Sequence record: NC_019411.1
Length of the DNA stretch: 64,000 nucleotides
Direction: 5' to 3' (one strand)
Position numbers and translations under genes: made by a program. The stretch's first letter is position 1. Each line of letters starts with the position of its first letter. The notes beneath the pieces were generated by a model. That model made no database searches. It saw only the letters and a program-made list of their open reading frames with translations, and had not been told where the DNA came from. Below, one piece after another: positions 51,866-62,000 of this stretch.

Positions 51866-52200
51866 TTGACGGGCGATGTCGAATCGCCCAGGATCAAACC
51901 GTAGGCCTCTTCCCGTGGGCCTGACATATACGTCCGCCAGCACTGCCATTCCGCGTCAGCGGGCGCGGCGCGAGGAGGGTTAACCCCTCGTTGTCGTGCA
52001 GCCGGGTGGTGTGGACGTCCCAACGTGATCTTCGAACGCGGCATGCCGTGGAGGGGTGATCGGATGGCGAACCAAGGGACACCTTCTTATCCTGGCCTGG
52101 GCCGCATGGGGCTCCGCTGGGAGAAACGGCCTGACCCGACCGGAGGTGCGTCCAGGATGCCGGCTCTCCATGCCAGAGTCTCGTGGACTAGGGTCTGAAA
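51866..52200 (+). ncRNA. Candidate structured ncRNA at the end of the tRNA operon
   Basis: About 330 nt with several hairpins, a long-range GGCATG/CATGCC stem and no convincing ORF. Confidence 0.35.
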
Positions 52201-52219
52201 TTTTTCTGGCGCTGATGTG

Positions 52220-52351
52220 TTGACACTCCTCGGAGGCTCGTCTAAAACCAGCAGCGTCAGAGCGGCGTTGGACCACGAGGTCCGCCGCGAGCTTCTGCGT
52301 TGTCGTCAGGAACGGCCCGCCAGCAATCCCGCTGGCGGGTCGTTTCGTTTT
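52220..52351 (+). ncRNA. Candidate ~95-nt sRNA (promoter, hairpin, terminator)
   Basis: TTGACA-N17-TAAAAC; GCGGC..GGACC/GGTCC..GCCGC hairpin; terminator AACGGCCCGCCAGC/GCTGGCGGGTCGTT followed by TCGTTTT. Confidence 0.45.
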
Positions 52352-52471
52352 GGGCGCAATGCGACGTTCAGTCCAACCATGGGTAGTGTCATGAATCTTG
52401 ACTTTCGGCGCTTATTCCGGTAGCTTTCCCGACATCAGCAAACGCTCACAAGTCGGGGACCGAGAGCCGTC

Positions 52472-52888
52472 ATGTCGCAAGACCACAACGGCTCGTCCTC
52501 GGGCCAAGAACGCATCTACCAGAAACTGGATGAGCTTGGCTCCATGCACGCGCGCACCCGTGAAGATATTGCCCGCATCCAGGAGATGATGCGAGCGGTC
52601 GGTTCGTCGCAGGAGCGGATCGAAAAGCGCCAGGACCATTTCGAGCGCGAAATCTGGCGTGAGATGGAAGACCGCGCCGCGCGCACGAGCGCCCAACTCG
52701 ACGAGATCAAGAGCCACACCAACCTGCGCATCGAGGAGATCGAGGCCAAGGTCGACACGATCCGCGAGGAACGGATCGCCGAGAAGGCCCAGTGGCGCGG
52801 CCCCGAGAAGGCCATCGCCGCCCTGGTCGCCGTCGCCGGGGCCATCGCCGCCTTCGCCACGATCCTCACTTTCCTGAAGGGACACTAG
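52472..52888 (+). CDS. Coiled-coil protein with C-terminal membrane anchor (holin-like/XhlA-like topology)
   Basis: Heptad-rich body; AIAALVAVAGAIAAFATILTFL tail; function not established. Confidence 0.6.
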   Translation: MSQDHNGSSSGQERIYQKLDELGSMHARTREDIARIQEMMRAVGSSQERIEKRQDHFEREIWREMEDRAARTSAQLDEIKSHTNLRIEEIEAKVDTIREERIAEKAQWRGPEKAIAALVAVAGAIAAFATILTFLKGH

Positions 52889-52995
52889 GACTTATAGTCA
52901 AGCTTGGGTGCCTGCGGCCAGAAGTCGCGCTTCTTGACACCCGATCTGGGCCGGCATAACCATAGGGCCATCGTTCCTGGGTGGAGTTTTCCCTA

Positions 52996-53202
52996 ATGGC
53001 TGTCGCGCTTACTGTCGTCTCGGTTGAGACCGAATCTACCATCCAAGGTGTTGATCCCGACGCGGCGCATGTCCGCCTGATCGAGGTCCTGCATACCGCC
53101 GCAGAAGCGGGTCTTGGGGAAATGACGTTGGAAGTCAAAGCGGAGATCGCGGCGCTGCTCCAGCAGGCGTCCGTGGAACTCTCCCACTGCCGGCCGGTGT
53201 AG
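52996..53202 (+). CDS. Hypothetical protein
   Basis: GGAG SD. Confidence 0.55.
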   Translation: MAVALTVVSVETESTIQGVDPDAAHVRLIEVLHTAAEAGLGEMTLEVKAEIAALLQQASVELSHCRPV

Positions 53203-53236
53203 GGGTCCCGTAAATCGCCATCCCAGAGGGAGCGAC

Positions 53237-54103
53237 GTGTCCGAGTCTGCTGAGTTCAACCCGCTCGACCAAAATCAGTTCCCTCCTCGCCTCACCAAGG
53301 CTGCTGCGCGACAGGCGCGGCGCCAGGAGCGCAGCCAGAAAAAGGACCCCACGGCCAACAAGCCGAACTACAAGGCGCTCGAAGCCAAGACCGAACGCCA
53401 ACGGCGCTATATCCAGGCCCTTAAGGCTGGCGAAAGCGTCATCGCCATTGGGGGAGCCGGCACGGGGAAGACCTACATCCCGTCCCGGCTCTTCGCCAAG
53501 AAGCTGATCGAGGCGAAGATCGAACGCCTGATCATCGCCCGCGTCACCGCCTCGCGTCCCAAGCACGCCCTGGGCTTCCTGCCCGGCAAGCTGGAAGCCA
53601 AGCTCGCCCCGTGGCTCGTCCCGGTGATCGAGGGCGTCAAGGCTGAAATGAACGCCCAGACCTACACGCAGTTGCAGGAGGCCGGCAAGATCGAGTTCGC
53701 CTCGTTCGAGCACATGCGGGGCCGGACCTTCGCCGAGTGCTGCGTCCTCCTCGACGAGGCGCAGAACGCCGACTACAAGGACCTGAAGATGGTCCTGACC
53801 CGCTGGGGCGAGAACGCCCAATACGCGGTCACCGGCGACGTCGACCAGATCGACGTCGACGATTCGGGCCTGGAGACGGTCGTCGACATTGTCGAGACCC
53901 ACGACATCCCGATCCACGTGATCGAGTTCACCGACGAGGACGTCGTCCGCTCGCCCATGGCCAAGGCCTGGGTCAAGGCGTTCTCCGCCCACGAGGGCAA
54001 GGACGGGCGGACGCGGCGCTTCCATCGCCCCACTGTCAGGAATCTTGACGTCCTGCCGGCTTTTATCGATAATGGCCGAGTCACGAAACCCGTGGCGTCG
54101 TGA
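53237..54103 (+). CDS. phoH: PhoH-like P-loop ATPase
   Basis: GGAGTGKT, LGFLPG, HMRGRTF, LLDEAQN, TGDVDQID, VVRS motifs. Confidence 0.92.
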   Translation: MSESAEFNPLDQNQFPPRLTKAAARQARRQERSQKKDPTANKPNYKALEAKTERQRRYIQALKAGESVIAIGGAGTGKTYIPSRLFAKKLIEAKIERLIIARVTASRPKHALGFLPGKLEAKLAPWLVPVIEGVKAEMNAQTYTQLQEAGKIEFASFEHMRGRTFAECCVLLDEAQNADYKDLKMVLTRWGENAQYAVTGDVDQIDVDDSGLETVVDIVETHDIPIHVIEFTDEDVVRSPMAKAWVKAFSAHEGKDGRTRRFHRPTVRNLDVLPAFIDNGRVTKPVAS

Positions 54104-54120
54104 CAAAGACGTAGCGCACC

Positions 54121-54642
54121 ATGGCCTTCACCTTCGTTGTTGAGACTGGCGCCGGAGACCCGGCTGCGAACTCGTACTGCGACGTGCAGTTCGCGGACGA
54201 CTATATCTACGCCAACGTCTACGCCAACACCGCCTGGGACGCGCTGGATCAGGACGGCAAGGAACGCTTCCTGGTCCGGGCGTCCAAGTACCTCGACCGC
54301 TCGATCGCCTGGGCCGGGGAGAAGGTCGATGAGGATTCCGGCCTGCGCTGGCCGCGCACCGGGGTCTATGACGTCGACGGCTTCCTGATTCCCAGCGACG
54401 CGATCCCGCAGCAACTCATGGAGGCCACCGCCGAGATGGCGGCGGCCCTCATGAACAACGACTGGACCTCGCCGCAGACCACGCGCGGCATGAAGGAAAT
54501 CCAGGTCGACGTCATCGAACTGAAGTTCGACAGCGAAATCCAGCGCGGCTCCATGCCCGACATCGTCATGTCGATCCTCGAAGGTCTGGGGGTCGTCAAG
54601 ACCGGCACCCGTCCGGCCTTCAAGAAGATCATTCGCCACTAA
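54121..54642 (+). CDS. Head-tail adaptor (DnaT-like/gp15-type)
   Basis: VETG.G...ANSY, L.RA..YLD, L.WPR, IP.QL..A..E.A motifs. Confidence 0.7.
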   Translation: MAFTFVVETGAGDPAANSYCDVQFADDYIYANVYANTAWDALDQDGKERFLVRASKYLDRSIAWAGEKVDEDSGLRWPRTGVYDVDGFLIPSDAIPQQLMEATAEMAAALMNNDWTSPQTTRGMKEIQVDVIELKFDSEIQRGSMPDIVMSILEGLGVVKTGTRPAFKKIIRH

Positions 54643-55034
54643 TGGCCCTCGAAGCCTTCATCCGTTCCCAGGTCGTCATCGCCTTCAACCAGCTTGACGA
54701 CATCGCCAAGCGCTGGACCTACGTCCAACGCTCGGGCGATCCGGTGCGCGATGTCGAGAGCGGCGTGACCACCTATCCCTCGACCGAGATCGTCATTCCC
54801 AAGGCGGTCAAGGTGCGGTTCAAGAAGGACGAGAAGGACGCCCACGGCCAGACCCTGGTGGGCGAGAAGGTCCTGTTCCCCCGCGTCTATCTGCCGGGCG
54901 ACTTCGAGACCGCGACCTCCGACTACCTCGTCGACCAGAACGACATCATCTGGGAGATCATCAGCGACCTGGGCGACCCGGCCTCGGCGCTGGCGATGTT
55001 CCAGGTCCGCAGCACGCGGAAGAAGACCCCGTGA
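54642..55034 (+). CDS. Head closure/stopper protein
   Basis: Position in the neck module; beta-rich, 130 aa. Confidence 0.6.
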   Translation: MALEAFIRSQVVIAFNQLDDIAKRWTYVQRSGDPVRDVESGVTTYPSTEIVIPKAVKVRFKKDEKDAHGQTLVGEKVLFPRVYLPGDFETATSDYLVDQNDIIWEIISDLGDPASALAMFQVRSTRKKTP

Positions 55035-55504
55035 AGTCGGGCGGAGCCAAGCTCAGCTTCTACACCGACGGGAACCTGGAGGCGGCGTTCAAGCGCTTCT
55101 TCGCCACCGCCGAGAAGCGCTATGACGAGCGGGCCGATCGCCTGCTGATCAAGCTGAACGAACTGATCCTGGCCCGCACCCCGGTGTGGGAAGGCGACAC
55201 CATCCACAACTGGCGCTGGTCGACGCGCGCCCCTGACATGCGCCACGAGGCCCCGCTCGACAACGGCGATCCTGGCCGCACGAGCGAGATGGACCTGGGC
55301 CAGGAGCCGCGCCGCCGCGTCAACGAGACGCGCCCCCGCCAGTCGCTGGCCGGCGCCCTGCGCGCCAAGGAACCGATCGACATCTATCTGACCAACACCG
55401 CCGAGAGCGCGGTCGATCTCGAATATGGCCTGCTCCCGACCAGGGCGCAGAGCCGAAACAAGATGGGGATGGTCCGAATCTCGATTAAAGAGGTGTTCGG
55501 ATGA
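55031..55504 (+). CDS. Tail completion protein (HK97 gp10-like)
   Basis: TPVWEGD....W and IYLTN.AE....LEYG motifs. Confidence 0.65.
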   Translation: MKSGGAKLSFYTDGNLEAAFKRFFATAEKRYDERADRLLIKLNELILARTPVWEGDTIHNWRWSTRAPDMRHEAPLDNGDPGRTSEMDLGQEPRRRVNETRPRQSLAGALRAKEPIDIYLTNTAESAVDLEYGLLPTRAQSRNKMGMVRISIKEVFG

Positions 55505-55575
55505 TCCCCGCCTTCATCATCCTGCCGCGCGTCTATCTCGCCGCGTGGCTGTCGTTCTGGCTGGGAGAGGACTGA
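55501..55575 (+). CDS. 24-aa hydrophobic peptide MIPAFIILPRVYLAAWLSFWLGED
   Basis: ATGA overlap upstream and TGATG overlap downstream. Confidence 0.45.
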   Translation: MIPAFIILPRVYLAAWLSFWLGED

Positions 55576-56030
55576 TGCTCGAACATGACATGCTCCGGCA
55601 AGTCCTGGAGCAGCAGGCCGTCGCCGCCGCCCCGACGATCGGGCTGAAGCTGAACTTCGACAACTCCGAATTCGTCCAACCCAAGGACGGCGCCCACTGG
55701 GCTGAGTTCTGGGTCCAGACCGGCAACACCGTGCCCTGTGAGGTCGCCGGCCCGCGCGGCTACGAAAAGACCTCGGGTCTGATCCAGTTCACGCTCAAGG
55801 CCCCCGAGGAAGAGGGCAACGGCGCGATCCTCAAGAAGGCCGGCGCGCTCAAGAAGGTCTTCAACCGTCGCCAATGGGTCGTGGCGCCGGACGGCTATGT
55901 CACCCTCGACCCGATCTCGGTCCAGTCGCACGGCAAGCCGATCGACGGCTTCTATAATGTCGTGGTCTGGGCGACCCTCTGGTTCTACCACCGCGATCCC
56001 GACGCCGACGATCGCTGGATTCGCGGTTGA
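55575..56030 (+). CDS. Tail terminator protein (DUF4128-like)
   Basis: GAGAGG SD; N..F..P, G..QFT...P...G motifs; directly before the tail tube gene. Confidence 0.7.
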   Translation: MLEHDMLRQVLEQQAVAAAPTIGLKLNFDNSEFVQPKDGAHWAEFWVQTGNTVPCEVAGPRGYEKTSGLIQFTLKAPEEEGNGAILKKAGALKKVFNRRQWVVAPDGYVTLDPISVQSHGKPIDGFYNVVVWATLWFYHRDPDADDRWIRG

Positions 56031-56173
56031 CCGCGTCTTTCACGCCGGCTAAGGTCGTGAATCTTGACATTTCCCAAAGTCTAGGGTAGGGTCACCACAC
56101 TTGCGATGCAGGGCCGGGTCGGCACGCTCGCTGACCCCCTTTTGTCACAAAACCGTGGATTGGTGACCTGCCC

Positions 56174-58006
56174 ATGGCTGCATCGTTCTTCGCCGACTCC
56201 AACCGCGCGCGGATGCGCTACATCAAGGAGAACAACGTTGTCTGGGGCGTGACCCCCGCCAGCGGCGTCTCCCGTGAACTGCGGTACACCGGCTCCACCG
56301 TCAACGCCCAGAAGGACACGACCCTCTCGGAAGAAATCCGTGCTGACCGCATGGTGTCCGAGATCGTCGAGGTCGCCGCGCGCACGACGGGCGAAATCAA
56401 CATCGAATTCTCGGCCGGCTCGCACGACGACCTGCTGGAAGCCTTCATGTACGGCGCCTGGACGCGCCCGATGACCTTCGACTCGGTCCAAGGCGTCTCG
56501 CTCGAATGGGCCGACACCGACACCCTGTACGTCAAGGGCAAGAACGTCACGCCCTACTTCTTCGCCGGCCGCCGCGTCCGTACCCAGGGCTTCATCAACG
56601 TCGCCAACAACGGCTACTGGCAGATCGACACGATCACCTTCAACGCCGGCGCCAACCGCACCGAGATCAACATGTCGACGTCGACCGCTGTCGCTGAGCG
56701 CGGCACGGCCTACTCGGCGCTCTACGACGCCAACGACGTCATCGTGCTGAACAACACCGCCATCCGCGCCGGTACCGGCGGCGAGGCGGCGTTCGACTCC
56801 AACGGCACCAACGCCTTCGCTGCGGCGATCGCGGCGGGCCAACTGTCGGTCGGCCAGAAGATTTTCGTCGAAGGCCTGGGCTTCGAGACCGGCACGGTCG
56901 TCCTGGCTGGTCTGCCGACCGCCGGCGCCCGCGTCCAGATCAGCGACGGCGTCAAGACGGTTCCCTTCCAGTTCGGCGGTTCGGCGGCTCAGCCGACCGT
57001 GGTCGTCGCCCTGGGCGCCGACGAGACGGAGACCGCTCAGAACCTCGCCGACGCGATCAACAAGCTGCGCGTGCGCAAGCAACTGGAAGTCGGGGCCTCG
57101 GCCGCGACCGGCACCGTGACCCTGCGCAACCTGCTGGTCACCGGCGGCTCGATCATCGAGACCGTGGCCGACGCCAACGTCACCGTGACCAACTTCTCGG
57201 GCGGCGATGCCTCGCTGCGCGGCGTGTTCACGATCGAAGCGCTGACCGACGACAAGATCACCGTCAACCCGGCGCCCGCGACCCTGGCCAACACGACGGC
57301 TAAGGTCAACATCAAGGGCTCGATGCTCCGTAACCCGTTCGACCCGGACGTGATCACGGCGCAGTCGTTCACCTTCGAGACCGGCTTCGAGGACGTCGAC
57401 CAATACTACCTCGCCGACGGCATGCGGATCGGCACGGTCGCGCTGAACATCGCGGCCAACTCGATCCTGACGGGCTCGTTCGGTCTGCAAGGCCGCGCCT
57501 CGACCCGTCAGAACACCTCCAAGCTCGGCGAAGCGCCCTACACCGCGCTCCAGACGACCGCGACGCCCGTGGCCAACGCCACCGTCAACGTCGGCAAGAT
57601 CGCCATGAACGGCGAAGAACTGTCGACCGCCGTGCAGTCGATCGCCATCAACGGCACGAACAACCTGCGTGACCAGATGGCCGTGGGCTACAAGTTCCCC
57701 GCCGGCATCGGCGCGGGCCGCATGGAAATCTCCGGCTCGCTGGTCGCCTACTTCGCCGACGGCAACCTGTGGGACAAGTTCATCAACCACGAGACCGTCT
57801 CGGTGAGCTTCCCGCTGACCGACGTGCTGGGCAACCACTACGAGTTCACGATCCCGGCGGCGAACTTCTCGACCGACACCGTGAACCCGGCCGGCGGCAA
57901 CCAGGACATCATGGAGAACCTGGAATACACCGCCAAGCGCGACCCGGTCACCGACTGCCAGTTCCAGATCGACCGCTACTCCTCGATCTTCGCGAACACG
58001 AACTAA
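56174..58006 (+). CDS. Major tail tube protein (extended, 610 aa)
   Basis: N- and C-terminal phage_tail_2-like segments (SEEIRADR; GR.EISG....YF...L...F.N) flanking inserted beta domains. Confidence 0.8.
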   Translation: MAASFFADSNRARMRYIKENNVVWGVTPASGVSRELRYTGSTVNAQKDTTLSEEIRADRMVSEIVEVAARTTGEINIEFSAGSHDDLLEAFMYGAWTRPMTFDSVQGVSLEWADTDTLYVKGKNVTPYFFAGRRVRTQGFINVANNGYWQIDTITFNAGANRTEINMSTSTAVAERGTAYSALYDANDVIVLNNTAIRAGTGGEAAFDSNGTNAFAAAIAAGQLSVGQKIFVEGLGFETGTVVLAGLPTAGARVQISDGVKTVPFQFGGSAAQPTVVVALGADETETAQNLADAINKLRVRKQLEVGASAATGTVTLRNLLVTGGSIIETVADANVTVTNFSGGDASLRGVFTIEALTDDKITVNPAPATLANTTAKVNIKGSMLRNPFDPDVITAQSFTFETGFEDVDQYYLADGMRIGTVALNIAANSILTGSFGLQGRASTRQNTSKLGEAPYTALQTTATPVANATVNVGKIAMNGEELSTAVQSIAINGTNNLRDQMAVGYKFPAGIGAGRMEISGSLVAYFADGNLWDKFINHETVSVSFPLTDVLGNHYEFTIPAANFSTDTVNPAGGNQDIMENLEYTAKRDPVTDCQFQIDRYSSIFANTN

Positions 58007-58156
58007 GGGCTTAGTCACGATTCCCCCGAATCGTGACAGCCCCACCCGCTTCCCCCGATAGACCAAAGTCCCCAGGACAGAAGTCTCAGCGCTGAGCAGG
58101 GCCGCCCGGAAATCGGGGCCGGGCGGCCCACCCTCCCCGATACGGAACCCCCGAAC

Positions 58157-58585
58157 ATGACCGACAAGATCAAGATCGACATGCTGGACCTCTTCTCGAC
58201 CGATCGCGAGTCGGAAGAAGCGGGCGTCTGGATTTACCTGGACGAGGCCGAGCAGACCGGTTTCAAGATTCGCGCCCTGGGCGCCAAGGCGGTCCTCGAC
58301 CTGCGCGAGGAACTGACCAAGAAGTACCAGTCTCTGATCCGCGCGGGCGGCAAGCTCCCGGACGAGAAGGTCGAGGAAATCAACCTGAAGGTCATCGCCG
58401 GCGGCGTGCTGGCGGACTGGAAGGGCATCATCGTCGGCGGCGAGGAAATCCCCTACAGCGCCGAGGCGGCCTACACGGTCCTGAGCAACCCGAAGCTGGG
58501 CAAGATGTCCGCCTTCATCGCTCAGCACTCGATGGACGCCCAGAACTATCGCGACGACGCCCGTGAGGACGCCGCAAAAAACTAA
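58157..58585 (+). CDS. Tail assembly chaperone (gpG-like)
   Basis: Between tail tube and tape measure genes; ends in the slippery sequence A AAA AAC. Confidence 0.8.
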   Translation: MTDKIKIDMLDLFSTDRESEEAGVWIYLDEAEQTGFKIRALGAKAVLDLREELTKKYQSLIRAGGKLPDEKVEEINLKVIAGGVLADWKGIIVGGEEIPYSAEAAYTVLSNPKLGKMSAFIAQHSMDAQNYRDDAREDAAKN

Positions 58586-59052
58586 CGGCGGCTCTGGAGT
58601 TCACGCTCAGCCAGAAGCACGGGGGTAGCGGGCGCGTCAAGTCGGCGGCCCGCGCCCCCAATGCCGAATCGCCTGACGACTGGCTGGCGCGGATCAAGGC
58701 TCAGAACTCCGGCCCTCCGCCGAGCGCGGACGACGAGTTCGACCTGAACGCAGAGCCGAAGGGGATTGAGCCCTATCCGGACCTCCTGTGGGTCTGGGAC
58801 GGTTTCTGGCGCCTCTCGAACAAACGCCCCAACGGCATGTCTGGCCCGATGCGGATTCCGACCTCGGAGATCGAGGCTTTCACCCGCATCCGGCGCTGGG
58901 ACTACGCCAAGAGCAACGAATTCCTGTTCTACGTCGACATGATGGACGAGGTCTACATGGCCCACGTCGCCAAGGTCCTCGAAGAGCAGGAGCGCCAGCG
59001 AGAAACCGCCGCCAACAAGCCCCCGATCCACAATAAGCGGGGCCGCCGATAG
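58576..59052 (+). CDS. -1 frameshift extension of the tail chaperone (gpGT-like)
   Basis: AAAAAAC at 58576-58582; the -1 frame from 58582 is open into track ORF 58837..59052. Confidence 0.8.
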   Translation, partial: KKLTAALEFTLSQKHGGSGRVKSAARAPNAESPDDWLARIKAQNSGPPPSADDEFDLNAEPKGIEPYPDLLWVWDGFWRLSNKRPNGMSGPMRIPTSEIEAFTRIRRWDYAKSNEFLFYVDMMDEVYMAHVAKVLEEQERQRETAANKPPIHNKRGRR

Positions 59053-59057
59053 GATCA

Positions 59058-62000
59058 ATGGACAGCGAAGCCCTCAAGCTTAAGATCGATTCCTCGCAAG
59101 CGCGTACCGACCTGGACGCGCTTGCGAAGTCCCTCGACCGCGCGTCCAAGGCCGCCGGCGCCATGCAGTCGAACCTCGCCAAGGGGGTCGACAAATCCAA
59201 CGAGGCCCTGTCGCGCGGGGCCAAGAACATCGAGAAGTTCGCCCGCGTCACGGCGGAACTCTCGAAGGTCAAGCTGTCGGGCGATCCCGCCAAGCAGTTG
59301 ACCGAATTCGCCAACGCCGTCTCGGCCGTGGCGCGCGCGCGCGAGATCAGCGCCGCCAAGCTCAATGGCCTGTCGAAGTTCGTCCAGGTCGGCGCGGCTA
59401 TCTCCAAGCTGCGGTTCACCGGCGAGTCCTTCTCGGGTCTGCACGCCCTGACCCAGGCGATGGACGAGGCCGGGCGCGCCCGCGCCGTCAGCGCCGCCAA
59501 GCTCAAGTCGTTCGTCGACTACATGGAAGTCGCCGCGCGCGCCTCGCGCCTGCGCTTCTCCTCCCAGACCTCCGAAGCCCTGAAGTCCCTGGCCAGCGCC
59601 ATGGATGCGGTCGCGCGTTCGCGCGTGGTCAGCCCCCAGAAGCTGGCGGCCTTCAAGGAACTCTTCGCCACCCTGGCCACCGCCAAGGGCGTGCCGAACG
59701 CCGGCGCGATCGCCCGCGACCTCGACACCATCGCCGGGGCCGCCTCGCGCGCCGCCAAGGCCATGGCGGAACTCAAGGGCGCGCGCTCGGGCATGGGCTC
59801 GATGCGCGCCTCGGGCGGGGCCGGCGGCGGCGGCGGGATCGCCTCGGGCGCCTCCTCGAACGTCAAGCGCTTCAACGAGGAAGTCGCCAAGGTCAAGGGA
59901 CACACCGACAACGCCTCCAAGGGCGTCGATGGGCTCGGCAAGGGCCTGGGCCTTCTGACCGGCCGCTTCAACCTCTCCTATCAGGCGGGCACGCTGTTCT
60001 CGGCGCTGTTCTCGTCCTTCACCTTCGGCCAACTGGTCAAGGGCATCTACGACACCACGGTCTCGTTCCAGAAGCTGAACAAGGCCATGCTGTTCGTCAC
60101 CGGCACCTATGCCGGCGCGCACAAGGCGACGCAGGACTTCATCGACATCTCGGTGCAACTGGGCGCGTCCGTCGAGGACAACGCCGACGCCTACTCGCGC
60201 TTCGCCATCTCGTCGGCCGCCGCCGGACTGAAGCTGGCTGACGTCAACAAAATCTACAAGTCCACCCAACTTGCCCTGACCGCCGTCGGCGCCAACAGCG
60301 AGCAGGTCGGCTACGCCTTCTACGGCCTGTCGCAGGCCATGGCGAAGGGCAAGATTTCGTCCGAAGAGTTCAACCGCCAGATCGGCGAGCAAATCCCCGG
60401 CAACGCCCAGGCGGGGGCGCGCGCCCTGTCCAAGCTGACCGGGCAGCAGAAGTCGGTCGCCGACCTCTTCGACGAGATGCGCAAGGGCACGCTCCAGTCG
60501 GCGCCGTTCCTCAAGGCCTGGGCCGACGAGATCAACCGCATGTTCGCCCCGCTGCTGCCGGAGGCCGAAAAGCGCCCTGACTTCCAACTGAACAAGCTCA
60601 AGACCGCCTTCTCCCTGTGGAAGAAGGAAGTCGGCCAGTCGCAGTTCATCGGCGCTCTGACCACCCAGTTCAAGAAGCTCTCGGACATGCTGATCGTGGT
60701 CGAGGGCGACCACTATGTCCTGACGGAGCGCGGACGCAAGCTCGCCGACTCGTTTGGCAAGGGACTGGCCCAGGCCGTCAACATTCTCGGCAACGCCCTG
60801 GCGTGGCTGGCGGACAACCTCGACAAGGTCGTCGCCGTGATCAAGGTGATCGGAGCCCTGGCGATCGGCAACGAGTTCGCCAAGTGGGGCCGGCAGGTCG
60901 CGGCCTTCGCCGACAACATGCTGGGCGTCAAGCGGGCGATCGAGGAAGTCTCGGTCGCCGAGACCACCGCCTCGGGTAAGCGCGCGGTGACCTCCAAGGC
61001 CGGGGCGGTCAACGCCGTCTCGACCGTGGCGTCCGATCGCATGGCGATGGCGACCAACCGCACCCGTAACGCGGTGATGGGCGGCACCTTCGTCGCCAAT
61101 GCGGTGGCTCCTGCCGTGCGTCAGTCGCCGCAGTTCTCGCAACTCTCCTACCTGACCGGCAACCCGACCTCGCCCACGCGGGGCGCGCCGACGTTCGGCC
61201 GCCGCCAGCCCTATACCGGCACCATGACCTTCGACGCGCGCCCGGCGGGCCGGGCCGGTGGCATGGGCGGCCTGTTCGCCGCCATGGGTTCGGGCGCGGC
61301 GACCGCCGCCACCGGAGCCTTCACGGGCCTGCGCAAGGCGCTCAACGTCCTGCCCGGCGTCGCCCTCGGCGCGGCGGTCGCCCTGGCGATCTTCGGCAAC
61401 AGCATCACCAAGCTGAACGACAAGGCCGTCTCGTACAACAACATCGCCGCCGGAGCCCTGGGCACGGCGGGCGACGAGATCGGCAACGGCATGACCGGGC
61501 TGATCAACGGCATCCGGGGTCTTTTCGGCGCCCAGCAGAAGGCCCAGGGCACCGGCGATTGGCTGGTGGACCTCTCTGCCACGCTGATCGTCTTCGGCAA
61601 GGCCATCTTCACCCTGGCGACCACGCTCGGTAAAATCCTCGGCACGCTGATGGCCAATGTCATCATCCCGTGGATCGAACTGGGCCAAAAGGTCGCTTCG
61701 GGCGACCTGAAGGGCGCGGCGGGCAAGGCCGGCGAGGTCCTGATGGGGCAGATCGGCAAGGGCAATCGCGAGCGCTGGGCCGAACTGGGTAAGGAACTGG
61801 GCAAGGACTGGGGCAAGGCCCTGGACTACGCGGGCACGCGCCAGTCGATCGTCAACGGCGCCCTGAAGTCGGCGGCCGGCGACAGCGCCGCCCAGCAGGG
61901 GGCCAACGCCGCCGAGAAGATGACCGAGGCGGCTCTGGCGCAGATGAAGGCCGCCGACCAGCAGGCCCTCGCCGCCGCCGACTTGAAGGACGCCACGGCG

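Larger units (their letters stand above)
18704..56069 (+). promoter_or_regulatory. Dispersed promoter motif GTCGTGAATCTTGACA (GANTC abutting a TTGACA -35)
   Basis: Copies at 18704, 21675, 24756, 29741, 32488, 46659, 52388, 54035, 56054, each ahead of a gene module. Confidence 0.8.
1237..58037. promoter_or_regulatory. Dispersed palindromic operator-like motif GTCAYGA-N10-TCRTGAC
   Basis: 24-bp copies at 1237, 1543, 8337, 30677, 30817, 36755, 58014; 25-bp copy at 54080. Confidence 0.65.

Noticed and set aside
51866-52200. RNase P RNA, tmRNA, 6S RNA or group I intron
   Set aside because: I could not find their hallmark motifs (GAGGAAAGUCC, TLD with tag ORF, P7 elements); kept only as an unassigned ncRNA candidate.
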